DNA from: an archaeon
Lineage (GTDB): Archaea > Asgardarchaeota > Thorarchaeia > Thorarchaeales > Thorarchaeaceae
Length of the DNA stretch: 64,000 nucleotides
Direction of reading: 5' to 3'
Assembly (NCBI GenBank): GCA_024276825.1
Contig: JAJRWI010000042.1
Coordinates: 1 to 64,000 of the forward strand
The position numbers and the translations under genes were made by a program. Each line of letters starts with the position of its first letter. Position 1 is the first letter of the stretch. This document shows positions 38,754 through 50,224 of this stretch, piece by piece. The notes below the pieces were generated by a model. That model was not told the origin of the DNA and ran no database searches. It was given only the letters and a program-made list of their open reading frames with translations.

Positions 38754-39716
38754 ATGTCACCGGTATCATATATCCCCTTAGAGGGAGAACGGATCCTAGC
38801 ACAAGGTCCTGAGTATTATGTGACGAATTATAGACTGGTTCAATATGATCATGGATCCAAGTCTACAGTCAGTCTACCATGGCACTTGGTGAAGGAGTAC
38901 AAGCTACTGCCAAGAACCGCCATGTTCAAAGTAGTAAATGGAATTGTAAACCTGATTGGTTCCATGCCCAAACGGGAAGAGGTCAGGGCTGCAATTGCAT
39001 TCAGAGAATTTGAGAATTTGACTGTAGGTGAACAAAGAAAACTATGTGATATTTCTGGTGTTCCCTTCATCCACCCCGATCATCCATACAACCTATGGAT
39101 AACTGTAGGATTTCATCAAAAATTGCAGTATGAGTTCTATAGAAGATTCGCATGGATTAAGGGAGAAGAGGTGTTTACATACTATCCGGATGCATTCATT
39201 CTGACTAACTATAGACTGTATCAGTATGACAGAAGGAAGAGAAAATTATACCTGTTTCCATTATACATGATACACACATTTGAGGCGAGAAGGGATAGAC
39301 TGAAAATACAAGCAACAACGGGCAATTTTGATATTCGTGGAATTGTTGTCAGACAAGATCATCTACTCAGAATGTGGCAGCAGCGTGCATGGGACTCCAT
39401 CCCCTCAGAACATCTGGAGTGGCTGTTATTAGAGTATACTACACTAGCCACAAGACATCCACTATCGCAGTATGCTGTAAGTGATGCATCTCATGTTAAG
39501 CCAACACATCAGGTTGTTGAACAGGACCAAATGCAAATGGAAGCCAGTTCTTCGACCCCAAGTAGTGGAACTGTTCTTGTGAAGCCGCAGATCAAGGCAA
39601 AGTGTGACAATTGTGGTGCCCCGTTATCATGGGAGTCGATTGATTGGGTTGGCCCTGATCAATACGCTTGTCCTAGTTGTGGACACGCCCACAATGTGGA
39701 CTACATAAGAATCTGA
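38754..39716 (+). CDS. Tandem PH/GRAM-like domain protein with C-terminal zinc ribbon
   Basis: Internal repeat GE.I/V....(V/L)TNYRL.QYD x2; CDNCG...CPSCG. Confidence 0.7.
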   Translation: MSPVSYIPLEGERILAQGPEYYVTNYRLVQYDHGSKSTVSLPWHLVKEYKLLPRTAMFKVVNGIVNLIGSMPKREEVRAAIAFREFENLTVGEQRKLCDISGVPFIHPDHPYNLWITVGFHQKLQYEFYRRFAWIKGEEVFTYYPDAFILTNYRLYQYDRRKRKLYLFPLYMIHTFEARRDRLKIQATTGNFDIRGIVVRQDHLLRMWQQRAWDSIPSEHLEWLLLEYTTLATRHPLSQYAVSDASHVKPTHQVVEQDQMQMEASSSTPSSGTVLVKPQIKAKCDNCGAPLSWESIDWVGPDQYACPSCGHAHNVDYIRI

Positions 39717-39739
39717 ACGTTTCAAGAATTGAATGGGAG

Positions 39740-39766
39740 TCCAGTGCCTTCCTGAAGAGTACTGGA
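39740..39766. terminator. Hairpin between convergent genes
   Basis: TCCAGTGC-CTTC-CT-GAAG-A-GTACTGGA. Confidence 0.4.
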
Positions 39767-39803
39767 ATGCAATACTGAAGGCAGTCTAACTTGCAATGAA
39801 CGA

Positions 39804-41687
39804 TTACAATGCCCATTCAAGGGACAACCTCTTGATTGTTTCCTTGGTGGGCAATCCTGTTTCCAAGTCCCATCCTCTTAATCGATAATAATCATTAAGC
39901 ATTGGTTCAAGGTTGACAACTTGTCCCTTGCCTGGGCCTTCAGGCATAGGTTCTTTTGTGAAACGATCAGGAAGTCTATCATCTGCACGTGTGATTCCTT
40001 CACGAGCATTGAACATTCGCTTTAGAGTGATTTGTCGCTCTGCAATCGTAATCAGGTTCTCCACTTTTCCGAGATATTGCTCGCCAGTAGCAAGAGGCAG
40101 CATCTCTGCAAAGTCCTTCATCCAGAAGATTGGAGGCCATGAAACCGAGTACCAGCAGACAATCAGGGTATCACGTATTGCATAGGCATTTTCAGTTTCG
40201 AAGACTGCTGTTGCCTTGTACTTCTCAGTATAGGGGTTGATTATCTCGGGCAGCTTGTCAGCGCCCCATCTCTCTGCGGCCACCTCCTCATAACCTAATT
40301 GATCAACCACAACCAGACTTCTTAGATGATCGGCACCGCGCGCCCCAGTAGCATGACCAAGACCTATACTTCGATGAGTACGACCATCTTGGCCAGATAT
40401 CTCCATTCCCTTTACATGCAGGGCAAACTTCTCAGTACCTCGACCTAGAAACTCTGCGGCCCTCTTGCTCCCCTCGGCAAGAACATCGCCAAATCCCTCT
40501 CTACGACCAATCATTTTCAGCAGCTTGATCACTGTTTTGCTATCGTCCCATTTGAGAGTAATTCCACTAGTATCGTTCTCATTAATCAGACCCTCAACAA
40601 ATGACTCAATTGCAAATCCAATTGTCGCACCTGCTGAGATTATGTCCATCCCAAATTTATTGCAGATCTGGTTTGCCTTCAGAGTTGTCGGGTAATCGGC
40701 AATTCCCAGAGAACTACCTATTGCCATAAGACCCTCATATTCGGGCCCTTCTTCCAATGTTCCTGCAAATGGCCCATCGGGAATATAGTTGACCTTTTTG
40801 CATCCCAGACTGCAGCCAAAGCATGCCCTGTCAGATATTGTATATCTTGGACGAATGAAATCACCGCTAAGTTTCTCCCAGCCCGAGAAGACACCAGTCT
40901 TGTGATTATAAGTGGGCAACTCACCAATCTCTTGCTTAACAGCAGTGAGAATCCAAGTGCCCCATTTGCCCATTTCCTTGGCCTGCGGATTCTCTCTGAC
41001 TCTTCTGTGGGCATCTTTTGCAAGTTCTACAAATCCCTCATGATCTGCCACTTCAACAGCTCCAGTCCCCCGAATGGCAATTGCTTTCAGGTTCTTAGAA
41101 CCCATCACTGCACCCATTCCAGTGCGTCCTGCCGCACGAGCATGGTTAATCATAATTGATGCAAATCTGACCCTATTCTCCCCAGCAGGACCTATCGCGG
41201 CCACCTGTATGTCGGGGTCATGGTGTTTCTTTTGAATGGAAACTGTGGTATGATCGGTGGTCGAGCCCCAGAGATCGTCAGCACTGATAATCTGGAGGTC
41301 AGAGTCCTGAATCAGGATATAGACAGGCTCTTCAGACTTCCCCTCAACAACCAGCATGTCATAGCCTGCATATTTTAATTCGGGCCCGAGAAAGCCACCA
41401 ACATGACTCTCACCCCAGATGCCCGTGAGGGGCGCTTTGGAAACAAAAACAGTTCTCCCACTCATTGGCCAAAGCGTGCCAGTAATGGGCCCAGTTGAAA
41501 CCATCAGCTTGTTGTTTTCGCTCAAAGGATCGGTGCCTGCTTTAACCTCAGTGTACAAAACATGAGCAGCAAACCCGTCGCCGCCGATATACTCCTTAAT
41601 CCATTCGGAAGGCAAGGGGTCAATATGAAAAGTGCCATCACTGAGATTTACACGGAGAATCCTGCCCATGTAGCCCTTTGATGACAT
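39804..41687 (-). CDS. aor: Tungsten-dependent aldehyde:ferredoxin oxidoreductase family protein
   Basis: ILRVNLS, KAPLTG, GPAGEN, AGRTGMGAVMGSKNLKAI, CFGCSLGC, EYE, RGADH, YYRLRGWD. Confidence 0.93.
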   Translation of the reverse strand: MSSKGYMGRILRVNLSDGTFHIDPLPSEWIKEYIGGDGFAAHVLYTEVKAGTDPLSENNKLMVSTGPITGTLWPMSGRTVFVSKAPLTGIWGESHVGGFLGPELKYAGYDMLVVEGKSEEPVYILIQDSDLQIISADDLWGSTTDHTTVSIQKKHHDPDIQVAAIGPAGENRVRFASIMINHARAAGRTGMGAVMGSKNLKAIAIRGTGAVEVADHEGFVELAKDAHRRVRENPQAKEMGKWGTWILTAVKQEIGELPTYNHKTGVFSGWEKLSGDFIRPRYTISDRACFGCSLGCKKVNYIPDGPFAGTLEEGPEYEGLMAIGSSLGIADYPTTLKANQICNKFGMDIISAGATIGFAIESFVEGLINENDTSGITLKWDDSKTVIKLLKMIGRREGFGDVLAEGSKRAAEFLGRGTEKFALHVKGMEISGQDGRTHRSIGLGHATGARGADHLRSLVVVDQLGYEEVAAERWGADKLPEIINPYTEKYKATAVFETENAYAIRDTLIVCWYSVSWPPIFWMKDFAEMLPLATGEQYLGKVENLITIAERQITLKRMFNAREGITRADDRLPDRFTKEPMPEGPGKGQVVNLEPMLNDYYRLRGWDLETGLPTKETIKRLSLEWAL

Positions 41688-42202
41688 TATACATCCCCAC
41701 CAGCCTCTTCAACACTGGCTACTCTCTTGACCTCTCTCAAATACCTGTCAACTTTGCCATGTCTGTCCACAGTTGAAATAGAGGAAACGGGCCCATATGT
41801 AATGGCGCCTGTTGGACATATCTTTGCACACTCTGGGTCGCCATCGCAATGATTGCATTTGATAATCTTCATGGCGTATGTGTCAAGACGAATCACGCCA
41901 TTCACACAAGCGCCAACGCAAGACTTGCATAGAATACATTTGTCATGAACAACATAGACCATGTTTGAAACAGGATCCCTGCGCATCGCATAGACAGGAC
42001 ACACCTCGATACACGGGGCCTCTTCGCAGGGCGGACACACATTGGGAATGTCTAGTCCCAATGAGTCATACTTTACAATCTTGAGTCTTGCAAGACTTGG
42101 TTGAAACTTGCCTTCGTGCTTTGCAGAACACGCCAGTTCACAGAGTCTGCAACCTGTGCACTTGGAGTAATCAATGATGAGTTGATTTGCCAGTGTGGAC
42201 AC
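41687..42202 (-). CDS. 4Fe-4S dicluster ferredoxin-like subunit partnering AOR
   Basis: CTGCRLCELAC, CPPC...CIEVCP, CILCKSCVGAC, KCNHC...CAKICP. Confidence 0.9.
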   Translation of the reverse strand: MSTLANQLIIDYSKCTGCRLCELACSAKHEGKFQPSLARLKIVKYDSLGLDIPNVCPPCEEAPCIEVCPVYAMRRDPVSNMVYVVHDKCILCKSCVGACVNGVIRLDTYAMKIIKCNHCDGDPECAKICPTGAITYGPVSSISTVDRHGKVDRYLREVKRVASVEEAGGDV

Positions 42203-42240
42203 CTCTCTCTGTTCGATGCGTGATCTTCGAAAAAAGGTTT

Positions 42241-43308
42241 CTAATAGACCTGAATCACCCAGCCTCTAGTATCTTCAATCTCACCACATTGGATTCCCAT
42301 CAGTTCTGTTAATACTCTCTTTGCAGTATCTCCAGTCTTGTTTCCATTTATAATGTACTCATTGCCCTTGTATAGAAGGGAACCCACGGGAGCAACAACA
42401 GCAGCGGTGCCAACACCAAAGATCTCTTTGAGTCGTCCATTATTGATTCCCTCTATGACCTCATCGATGGACACCATTCGTTCTGAAACCTTCATTCCCC
42501 AGTCTCTGGTAATCTGAATGACGGAGTCACGAGTTATGCCCGGGAGTATAGTGCCCGTCAGTGGTGGTGTCACAAGCTCGTCCTCAAACAGAAGAAACAG
42601 GTTCATGGTCCCTGCCTCTTCAATATACTTGTGTTCAACTGCATCCAGCCACATGACTTGGGAACAACCCGCCTTAGCTGCAATCTCTCCTGCCAGAAGG
42701 CTTGCAGCATAATTTCCAAGTGTCTTTGCAAAGCCCACTCCGCCCTTTGCTGCTCGGGAGTATTTATCGCTCACGTAGATTTTTACTGGATTGAAGCCCT
42801 CTTTGAAATAGGGTCCAACAGGGCTGAGAATGATATAGAACAGATACTCCGTACTGGGCCTTAGACCAAGCTTTGGTTCCGATGCAATCATTGTGGGCCG
42901 AATATAGAGTGCCGTTCCTGGCTCTTGTGGGATCCAATCCTTATCAATCCGAACCAGTTTCTTCAAGGCCTCAACACAAAAATCAACATCGACCTGAGGC
43001 ATCACCATTCTTTTGGCAGAGTTGTTCAGTCGGCTAAAATTGTCCCGTGGTCTGAACAGGAAGACCTTGTCGCCCCGACGATAACCCTTCATCCCCTCAA
43101 ATATTCCCTGACCATAATGGAATATCAGAGCAGAAGGATCGAGTGATATGCTTTGATATGGCTGTATTCGTGGCGAGTGCCAGTGTTCATCAGAGTATTC
43201 CATGATAAACATGTGATCAGTATATACAGACCCAAAGGCCAGATTGACTGGGTCCTTGGGCTTTTCTTTGCGTTTATGTTCAGGAACCAAGTCGACCTCA
43301 ATTTCCAT
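42241..43308 (-). CDS. ilvE: Branched-chain amino acid aminotransferase
   Basis: HYGQGIFEGMKG, LYIRP, K..GNYA, EEAGTMN, ILPGITRDS, GTAAVV. Confidence 0.95.
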   Translation of the reverse strand: MEIEVDLVPEHKRKEKPKDPVNLAFGSVYTDHMFIMEYSDEHWHSPRIQPYQSISLDPSALIFHYGQGIFEGMKGYRRGDKVFLFRPRDNFSRLNNSAKRMVMPQVDVDFCVEALKKLVRIDKDWIPQEPGTALYIRPTMIASEPKLGLRPSTEYLFYIILSPVGPYFKEGFNPVKIYVSDKYSRAAKGGVGFAKTLGNYAASLLAGEIAAKAGCSQVMWLDAVEHKYIEEAGTMNLFLLFEDELVTPPLTGTILPGITRDSVIQITRDWGMKVSERMVSIDEVIEGINNGRLKEIFGVGTAAVVAPVGSLLYKGNEYIINGNKTGDTAKRVLTELMGIQCGEIEDTRGWVIQVY

Positions 43309-43405
43309 TTCGATTACCGACCTGTAGATAACATTCAACCATAAAAAGATAGGTTATGGTACAAATGCCTTATCTTTATTAGAAAATAAAATGTGAAACC
43401 TAGTA

Positions 43406-43804
43406 GTGATTATCATGTCTGATGAGCAAGGCAACGATAAGCCAATTGGAACCGTGGAACTTGAGTTTGAAGTTGGAGACCTAGAACTTGAGATAAAGGG
43501 GCCTGCTGATGTGGTCGAGCGTATCTTCAAAGTGCTTATTGACAAGTTGGAGATTGCAAAAATCGAGATCACCCCAAAGGAGGAGTTTGATGAGTTCGAA
43601 TATGAGGGTGAAGAGGGGGAGGAAACACCTTTTGAACTTCATCAGAGAGAAGAGGAGTCATCACTCACAGAAGAACCTGAATCATCAACCGACAGCTTTG
43701 AGAGAACTCCATCCTTTGAGCCCACAAGACAGTCAGATGACTTTGACGAGCCAGGTTCTGACAAGCCCCCAAGCTGGGATGATCTCGACTTTGAGAGACC
43801 ATAA
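43406..43804 (+). CDS. Hypothetical protein with acidic disordered C-terminus
   Basis: Short beta-beta-alpha N-terminal segment followed by an E/D/S/P-rich tail. Confidence 0.65.
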   Translation: MIIMSDEQGNDKPIGTVELEFEVGDLELEIKGPADVVERIFKVLIDKLEIAKIEITPKEEFDEFEYEGEEGEETPFELHQREEESSLTEEPESSTDSFERTPSFEPTRQSDDFDEPGSDKPPSWDDLDFERP

Positions 43805-43879
43805 TCGGTCATTTCTAAGAACTAGGCCTTAGAAAATCACTTAAGTTTGAAACCATGTAGATGGAGTGAGGACTGAACC

Positions 43880-44482
43880 ATGAGTCATTGGGAAGGCACT
43901 GAAGCAGATCCATACGATTTGGATCCAAAAGAGGTCCTGAGCCAATATAGCGTTGAATGGGTCGCCCTTCGAAAGTCCTATGAGGAACTCAAAAAGCAAC
44001 TCAATGAGATTCAACAAGAACTTGCTGAGCTTGACAGGAAACTTCATGATGGCGAAATCTCTGAACAGGAACATATGCGGCTTTACAAGGAAACATGGCT
44101 CAAGTCGACTCAGATGGTTCAAGTGAAGAGGGAGGTCGAGTCGAGGCTCTATGAGATTCAAAGAAAGATTCGTGCTGCCAATCAAGTTCTAAAGGAACAA
44201 GAAGCAGAACGCGAGCGGCGCGAGAGGATAGAGCAAGAGAAAACAAATGCCATGGTTGAATGGATGTCATTGAAGCAGGGATTCGACCTTGTCATCAACA
44301 GGAGGAAAGAGATCAACAGAGAGATGGACCTGCTCGAGATCCTTAGAAGAGAGGGTAAGATCTCCAATGAGGAATATAGAAGAAGACACCTTGAGCAGAT
44401 AAAGAGACTCGCAGAACTCAGGACTCTTGAAACAGACATCAGAAGAAGACTGGGAGAACTGCTTGAAATAATCAGAAGCTAA
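43880..44482 (+). CDS. Coiled-coil protein with two GxISxxE(Y/H) hairpins (CdvA coiled-coil-like)
   Basis: LHDGEISEQEH and RREGKISNEEY within continuous heptads. Confidence 0.7.
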   Translation: MSHWEGTEADPYDLDPKEVLSQYSVEWVALRKSYEELKKQLNEIQQELAELDRKLHDGEISEQEHMRLYKETWLKSTQMVQVKREVESRLYEIQRKIRAANQVLKEQEAERERRERIEQEKTNAMVEWMSLKQGFDLVINRRKEINREMDLLEILRREGKISNEEYRRRHLEQIKRLAELRTLETDIRRRLGELLEIIRS

Positions 44483-44510
44483 ATAACTTTTAGGAATAGA
44501 AAAAGTGGAA

Positions 44511-44527
44511 GACCCCCAAGGGGGTCA
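44511..44527. terminator. Hairpin between convergent genes
   Basis: GACCCCC-AAG-GGGGTC, with a T-rich flank on the minus strand downstream of gdhA. Confidence 0.5.
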
Positions 44528-44537
44528 TATTCTGTTT

Positions 44538-46025
<1,488 letters not shown>

Positions 46026-46085
46026 TTAATATATAAGCTGAACAAGATTAATTAAAATGGCACATTGAAGAGGTGCAGACAAAGA

Positions 46086-46748
46086 ATGGAACCAATCGTC
46101 GATATGAACAAGATCACTGTTGCTTTCAGTTCTCCATTCCCAATTGAGTTCGGTCAACTGCAAGAGAGATTGTCTGAACATGGTTACAGTCAACCAACAG
46201 ATAAAGCACAGCGATTCAGATTTCTGGAGTCAGGTCAAGCAATTCCAATCAGCGTCTTGTCAAAAGATTCTTTTGAGCTTGCATATGACGAGCAACGAGG
46301 GTTTTTGTCAATAGAGTCAGAAGAGTTTAGCGATGAACTGGGTGCTGAACTTGAAAATGTAATAGAATCAGTGAATGATCTTCCAAACCTTGCCGCTGAA
46401 TTGAACTGGTACGAACTACACCTTGTTTGTCGAGTGCTTGGCAGCAAGCATCCTCTGGATAATATTGTTGCACCTTCAAAAGCACATTCATTATTTAAGA
46501 AGATCAGTGGACTGGATCCACGCTATTTCTCTAGGAGTTATTGCTCATTTTCAGGTGATTTGCCCAGCAAGCCACTCAATCAAGTAGTTGATTGGATACA
46601 TATCACAATGGGTGTCTTTGTGCCAAATCCAAAATACTATCAAATGCGATTCATCTGTCGGCGGGGAGATTTAGCAAAAGTAATAGAATTCTACAAAGCC
46701 CTTCCAAATATGATTAGGGAATTTTCCGCATCAGACGTCTGGGAGTGA
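46086..46748 (+). CDS. Hypothetical protein, first gene of an AT-rich three-gene module (possibly TIGR04255-like)
   Basis: ~220-aa alpha/beta ORF with GTGA overlap to the next gene. Family guess rests on size and pattern only. Confidence 0.6.
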   Translation: MEPIVDMNKITVAFSSPFPIEFGQLQERLSEHGYSQPTDKAQRFRFLESGQAIPISVLSKDSFELAYDEQRGFLSIESEEFSDELGAELENVIESVNDLPNLAAELNWYELHLVCRVLGSKHPLDNIVAPSKAHSLFKKISGLDPRYFSRSYCSFSGDLPSKPLNQVVDWIHITMGVFVPNPKYYQMRFICRRGDLAKVIEFYKALPNMIREFSASDVWE

Positions 46749-47575
46749 TACTAATGGCGAGCGCAATTCAGCATAGTAGTTCAACCTGTGCTGCTTGCCC
46801 AATTGGTAATAGTCTTGAATACAGCACATCTGGTGTAGAGAGTCAAGCTGATATTGGGACTGAATTAATAGATTCTGCAGAATTGGACCATCAGTTATCA
46901 TCAATTGACAATTATGAGTTCAATGTCGGAAGAATCCCCCATCCAATATTCAATAGAAACAATAACATGATTTTCATGAGATACTTATTACAAAACCAAA
47001 TAATGTCATTATTCACTCCATTTGAGTTTGATACAGATGCTGATTTTTCCCTCAGTCTGCCGCATCTTATTTCAGTTTCCATGATGACATTCAGCCCTAA
47101 CCAGGTCGAAGAGTTATTTCATAAGATTTTCTTTCGTACATTGCTTAATACTAGATTTTTGCCTCTCGAATTTCAAACATTAGAAATGCACTGGAAGAGT
47201 ACTACGAGTGACCAAAAAATATCGATTGATCTCACAACTAAAGAGTATTTGAGAAATCACCCGGTAATAGAAAGAACAACAAGGGCGATCATTCGGAAAC
47301 TGCAGGACCACCTCTATCTGAATCTCGAGGATTATGATTTCAAAGTGATGATGACTCAAGATCCTGAGTGTGATCAACCAGATGTAAGAATAATTGTTTC
47401 TACTGCTAAACTTGATTTCCAAGAGATGTTTGATATATGGGATGTATTAAGTGATATTGCTTTGAAAACGGTGCAGATGATAGGAGAATCCTTGAAACTT
47501 GGTAATGAGGAGATTGAAGAATTACTGGATATCATTACTGTTTCAATACAACCAAAGAGGTTCAGCGATGAGTAA
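46745..47575 (+). CDS. Hypothetical acidic protein, putative HEPN partner/antitoxin
   Basis: Overlaps both neighbours. C-terminal QDPECDQPDVRIIV...FDIWD domain. Confidence 0.6.
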   Translation: MILMASAIQHSSSTCAACPIGNSLEYSTSGVESQADIGTELIDSAELDHQLSSIDNYEFNVGRIPHPIFNRNNNMIFMRYLLQNQIMSLFTPFEFDTDADFSLSLPHLISVSMMTFSPNQVEELFHKIFFRTLLNTRFLPLEFQTLEMHWKSTTSDQKISIDLTTKEYLRNHPVIERTTRAIIRKLQDHLYLNLEDYDFKVMMTQDPECDQPDVRIIVSTAKLDFQEMFDIWDVLSDIALKTVQMIGESLKLGNEEIEELLDIITVSIQPKRFSDE

Positions 47576-47945
47576 CTTGGAGTTCTTGCCAGAGGCTTTC
47601 CTCGACTTCTGCCAAAGACTATTGGAGAATAAGGATACTTTCGAGAATGAACCACTTTTTAGAACAATAATCAACAGATGCTATGTTGCTGTATATGTCA
47701 CTCTGAAGACAGAGTTATTAAAGAGGGGATATCAGTATTCTGATAATTATAAAGATTACAAGAAAGTTGAACGTGATGTCCGACGCGAATTCAAACGAAA
47801 TGGAAAGTGTATTCAAGATCAATTATCAACTCTTAGAGAGGCCAGAAAAAAAGTAGATTATGATTACCCATTTCCAGACCACCTTGATAGAATATATGTA
47901 GACTATTGCTTAAGTATTTCCCAAAAAATCTTGGCCAAAATCTAA
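47568..47945 (+). CDS. HEPN domain protein
   Basis: FRTIINRCYVAVY and LSTLREARKKVDYD (RxxxxY variant of the HEPN Rx4-6H motif). Confidence 0.8.
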   Translation: MSNLEFLPEAFLDFCQRLLENKDTFENEPLFRTIINRCYVAVYVTLKTELLKRGYQYSDNYKDYKKVERDVRREFKRNGKCIQDQLSTLREARKKVDYDYPFPDHLDRIYVDYCLSISQKILAKI

Positions 47946-48098
47946 TTCTTGTGAGTTCTATTATTGAAAATGCTCCTGTTGTTCAATAATAAATTGCATG
48001 GGACTAATTTGGTGTTTTGCCACTTTCTTTTTGAGTCAGTTTGATGTGAAGCGAAAAGTCATTAGACTAGACCCTATCATATTTGCGCGCTGATAATC

Positions 48099-48740
48099 AT
48101 GCCGACATTTGAGAATGAGTGGATCAGTCCTATTCTTGAGGTATTCAAGAGAGAGAAGATAACAGGTCAATATACGATAGTTCTTGGGCTGAACCCCTTG
48201 GGGCAGGCGGTGTGCAGAAGCATCTATGATGAGAGGACCTTTGAAACTGTGCTAGTCTTCAACTCACCATCATTCTCCACATGGAACAGATATCCAGCGG
48301 GACTAAAGGCGCCTGTCATACCAGTCCATGGAATGGTGAATGATGACTTAATGATGATCTGGGGAGACATCTTTGTGAAAGATTATGAGTGGGTGACGGA
48401 TTTATTATTCTATATTCGAGGCAATGTTCCAACGAGGTTCATTCTTGCATTCATGAGCCATGATGGCCCCACATGTGGCGTTGCGATATCAAAGAAGGGG
48501 AACAGGTTGCTAGACAGAATGGGCGTGCAGCCAGGATATTCTGACTTTTATGATGGCCTTATAGCACCATTGATGAGTGTGGGACAAGTGGCAGGCCTTG
48601 ACCCAGTTGTGATATTTCTGGAACAATATCCAGGACAAGAGATCATATATCAAATCGACGATATAGCGGTGGGAAATGTCGATATCGAGAGAATCAGAGA
48701 ATATCTCAATAGCGGCTTGGATTTAAAGCTTGATGACTGA
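48099..48740 (+). CDS. Hypothetical protein, possibly PAC2/proteasome assembly chaperone-like fold
   Basis: IVLGLNPLGQAVCRSI...FNSPSF...DGLIAPLM pattern (weak). Confidence 0.45.
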   Translation: MPTFENEWISPILEVFKREKITGQYTIVLGLNPLGQAVCRSIYDERTFETVLVFNSPSFSTWNRYPAGLKAPVIPVHGMVNDDLMMIWGDIFVKDYEWVTDLLFYIRGNVPTRFILAFMSHDGPTCGVAISKKGNRLLDRMGVQPGYSDFYDGLIAPLMSVGQVAGLDPVVIFLEQYPGQEIIYQIDDIAVGNVDIERIREYLNSGLDLKLDD

Positions 48741-48745
48741 TAGGA

Positions 48746-49534
48746 TCATTTAGATGGAGAAGTCTGACCGTATCCAGTTCGGTCAAAAGTGGTCTCATCG
48801 CACTTCTCACAAAAATGATCTGATTCGTGTTCATGAGCAAGTTGTTGGTCGCATTCTGGGCACATCAGAGCGCGGGTTGTCTTTACATTAACAATTTTGC
48901 CACAGGAAATACAGGCCCACAGACCTGCCTGCAATAGCCGAATCTTGCGATAGATGGTTCGTGCCATTTCTTTTAGTGAAACAGGACAATCATCAGCGAC
49001 ACCTACAATACCATCTCTTGACCATTTACATATCAGCGAGACCAGAGTAGTGAGCAACTCAATCATTCGAGTGGTCGCAAGATCAATGTCATCAGATGTT
49101 TCACACTTGGTGTCCTTAATTGGCTGCTCGACTTCATTTAGTAGTTCAAGAAAGGACAGAAAGGCAGGGACTGGGAGCCTGTCCTTACCTTTGGCTTCGA
49201 CCATTCGTGCCATTACAGCAGACATCATCAGAGTCTGCGTGTAGTCCTCACGGAGAATGCGTTTTGCCTCCGCCACTATCTTTGTCGCGCTAAGCCTGTA
49301 TTCATCTGGGTCAAGTTTAAACTCTTCAGCAATTGCTCTTATTGCCTGTCGCAGGTCTTTACCCTCAAGCATTGCATCATTGACTTTGATTGCAATGTTT
49401 CTATAGGGCACACCTGTTTCATTAGAGATCAACTGCAGTATTTCACGAGCAGTAAGAGCCAATTGTATCATCATGTCCCGTGGTGGCATGTTCTTCTTGG
49501 GCACGAGGCATTTTAGGTTTATTGCAAATAACAT
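48746..49534 (-). CDS. Hypothetical helical protein with C-terminal zinc ribbon
   Basis: CISCG...CPEC, CEKC. Start uncertain. Confidence 0.7.
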   Translation of the reverse strand: MLFAINLKCLVPKKNMPPRDMMIQLALTAREILQLISNETGVPYRNIAIKVNDAMLEGKDLRQAIRAIAEEFKLDPDEYRLSATKIVAEAKRILREDYTQTLMMSAVMARMVEAKGKDRLPVPAFLSFLELLNEVEQPIKDTKCETSDDIDLATTRMIELLTTLVSLICKWSRDGIVGVADDCPVSLKEMARTIYRKIRLLQAGLWACISCGKIVNVKTTRALMCPECDQQLAHEHESDHFCEKCDETTFDRTGYGQTSPSK

Positions 49535-49585
49535 TCAGAGGGAAACACCAATTAGGAACAGTGTTATTCTCTACTTGGTGGCAAT

Positions 49586-50131
49586 ATGTTCCTCTCCGAT
49601 AATGATATGAAGAAAGCCATGGATAGCGGTGAGATAAAGATAGACCCATTCATTCCTGAGGCCATAGGGCCATGCAGCATCGATCTCAGACTAGACAGCG
49701 TATTTCGAGTCTATGATCCGGGACCACCAGTGGACTTAAGGAATGAGAAAGATCTTACGAGGGGAACACGTTTGGTAGATACCGAGGGAGATCCATTTCT
49801 GATTCTCCCAGGTCAATTCATCCTCGGACAGACTATAGAGAAGATCTCGGTGGCACCCTCTTATGCGGGTCTACTTGAGGGAAAGTCAAGCGTGGCGCGT
49901 CTAGGAATAATCGTTCACTCAGCAGGACTTGTTAATCCAGGGACGGGAATGAAAAAGCCGGGTAAGTTGACTTTGGAAATCTATTGTATGAATCTCAGTC
50001 CTGTCTACTTGTATCCAGAAATGCAGATTGTGCAGATCATGTTTGTCCCGCTTTCCAGCCCATCGGGCATGGGATATGATGAGAGAGAAAGCAGTCTTTA
50101 TGTCGGTCAGGAGAGGCCAGAGGTTCGCTAG
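49586..50131 (+). CDS. dcd: dCTP deaminase
   Basis: LSD, SIDLRL, EGKSSVARLG, TLE, QIMF, YVGQ. Confidence 0.9.
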   Translation: MFLSDNDMKKAMDSGEIKIDPFIPEAIGPCSIDLRLDSVFRVYDPGPPVDLRNEKDLTRGTRLVDTEGDPFLILPGQFILGQTIEKISVAPSYAGLLEGKSSVARLGIIVHSAGLVNPGTGMKKPGKLTLEIYCMNLSPVYLYPEMQIVQIMFVPLSSPSGMGYDERESSLYVGQERPEVR

Positions 50132-50224
50132 AAAAATATGTGCGATACGGAGATTATTTAAACAAGTGACTTGTCAGCGGGCTTGTTCACCATTAGCTCC
50201 TTCCCAGTCCAGGCGGTCACATGA

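Noticed and set aside
39740-39766. SECIS-like hairpin downstream of aor
   Set aside because: No in-frame TGA in aor or its ferredoxin; better explained as a terminator
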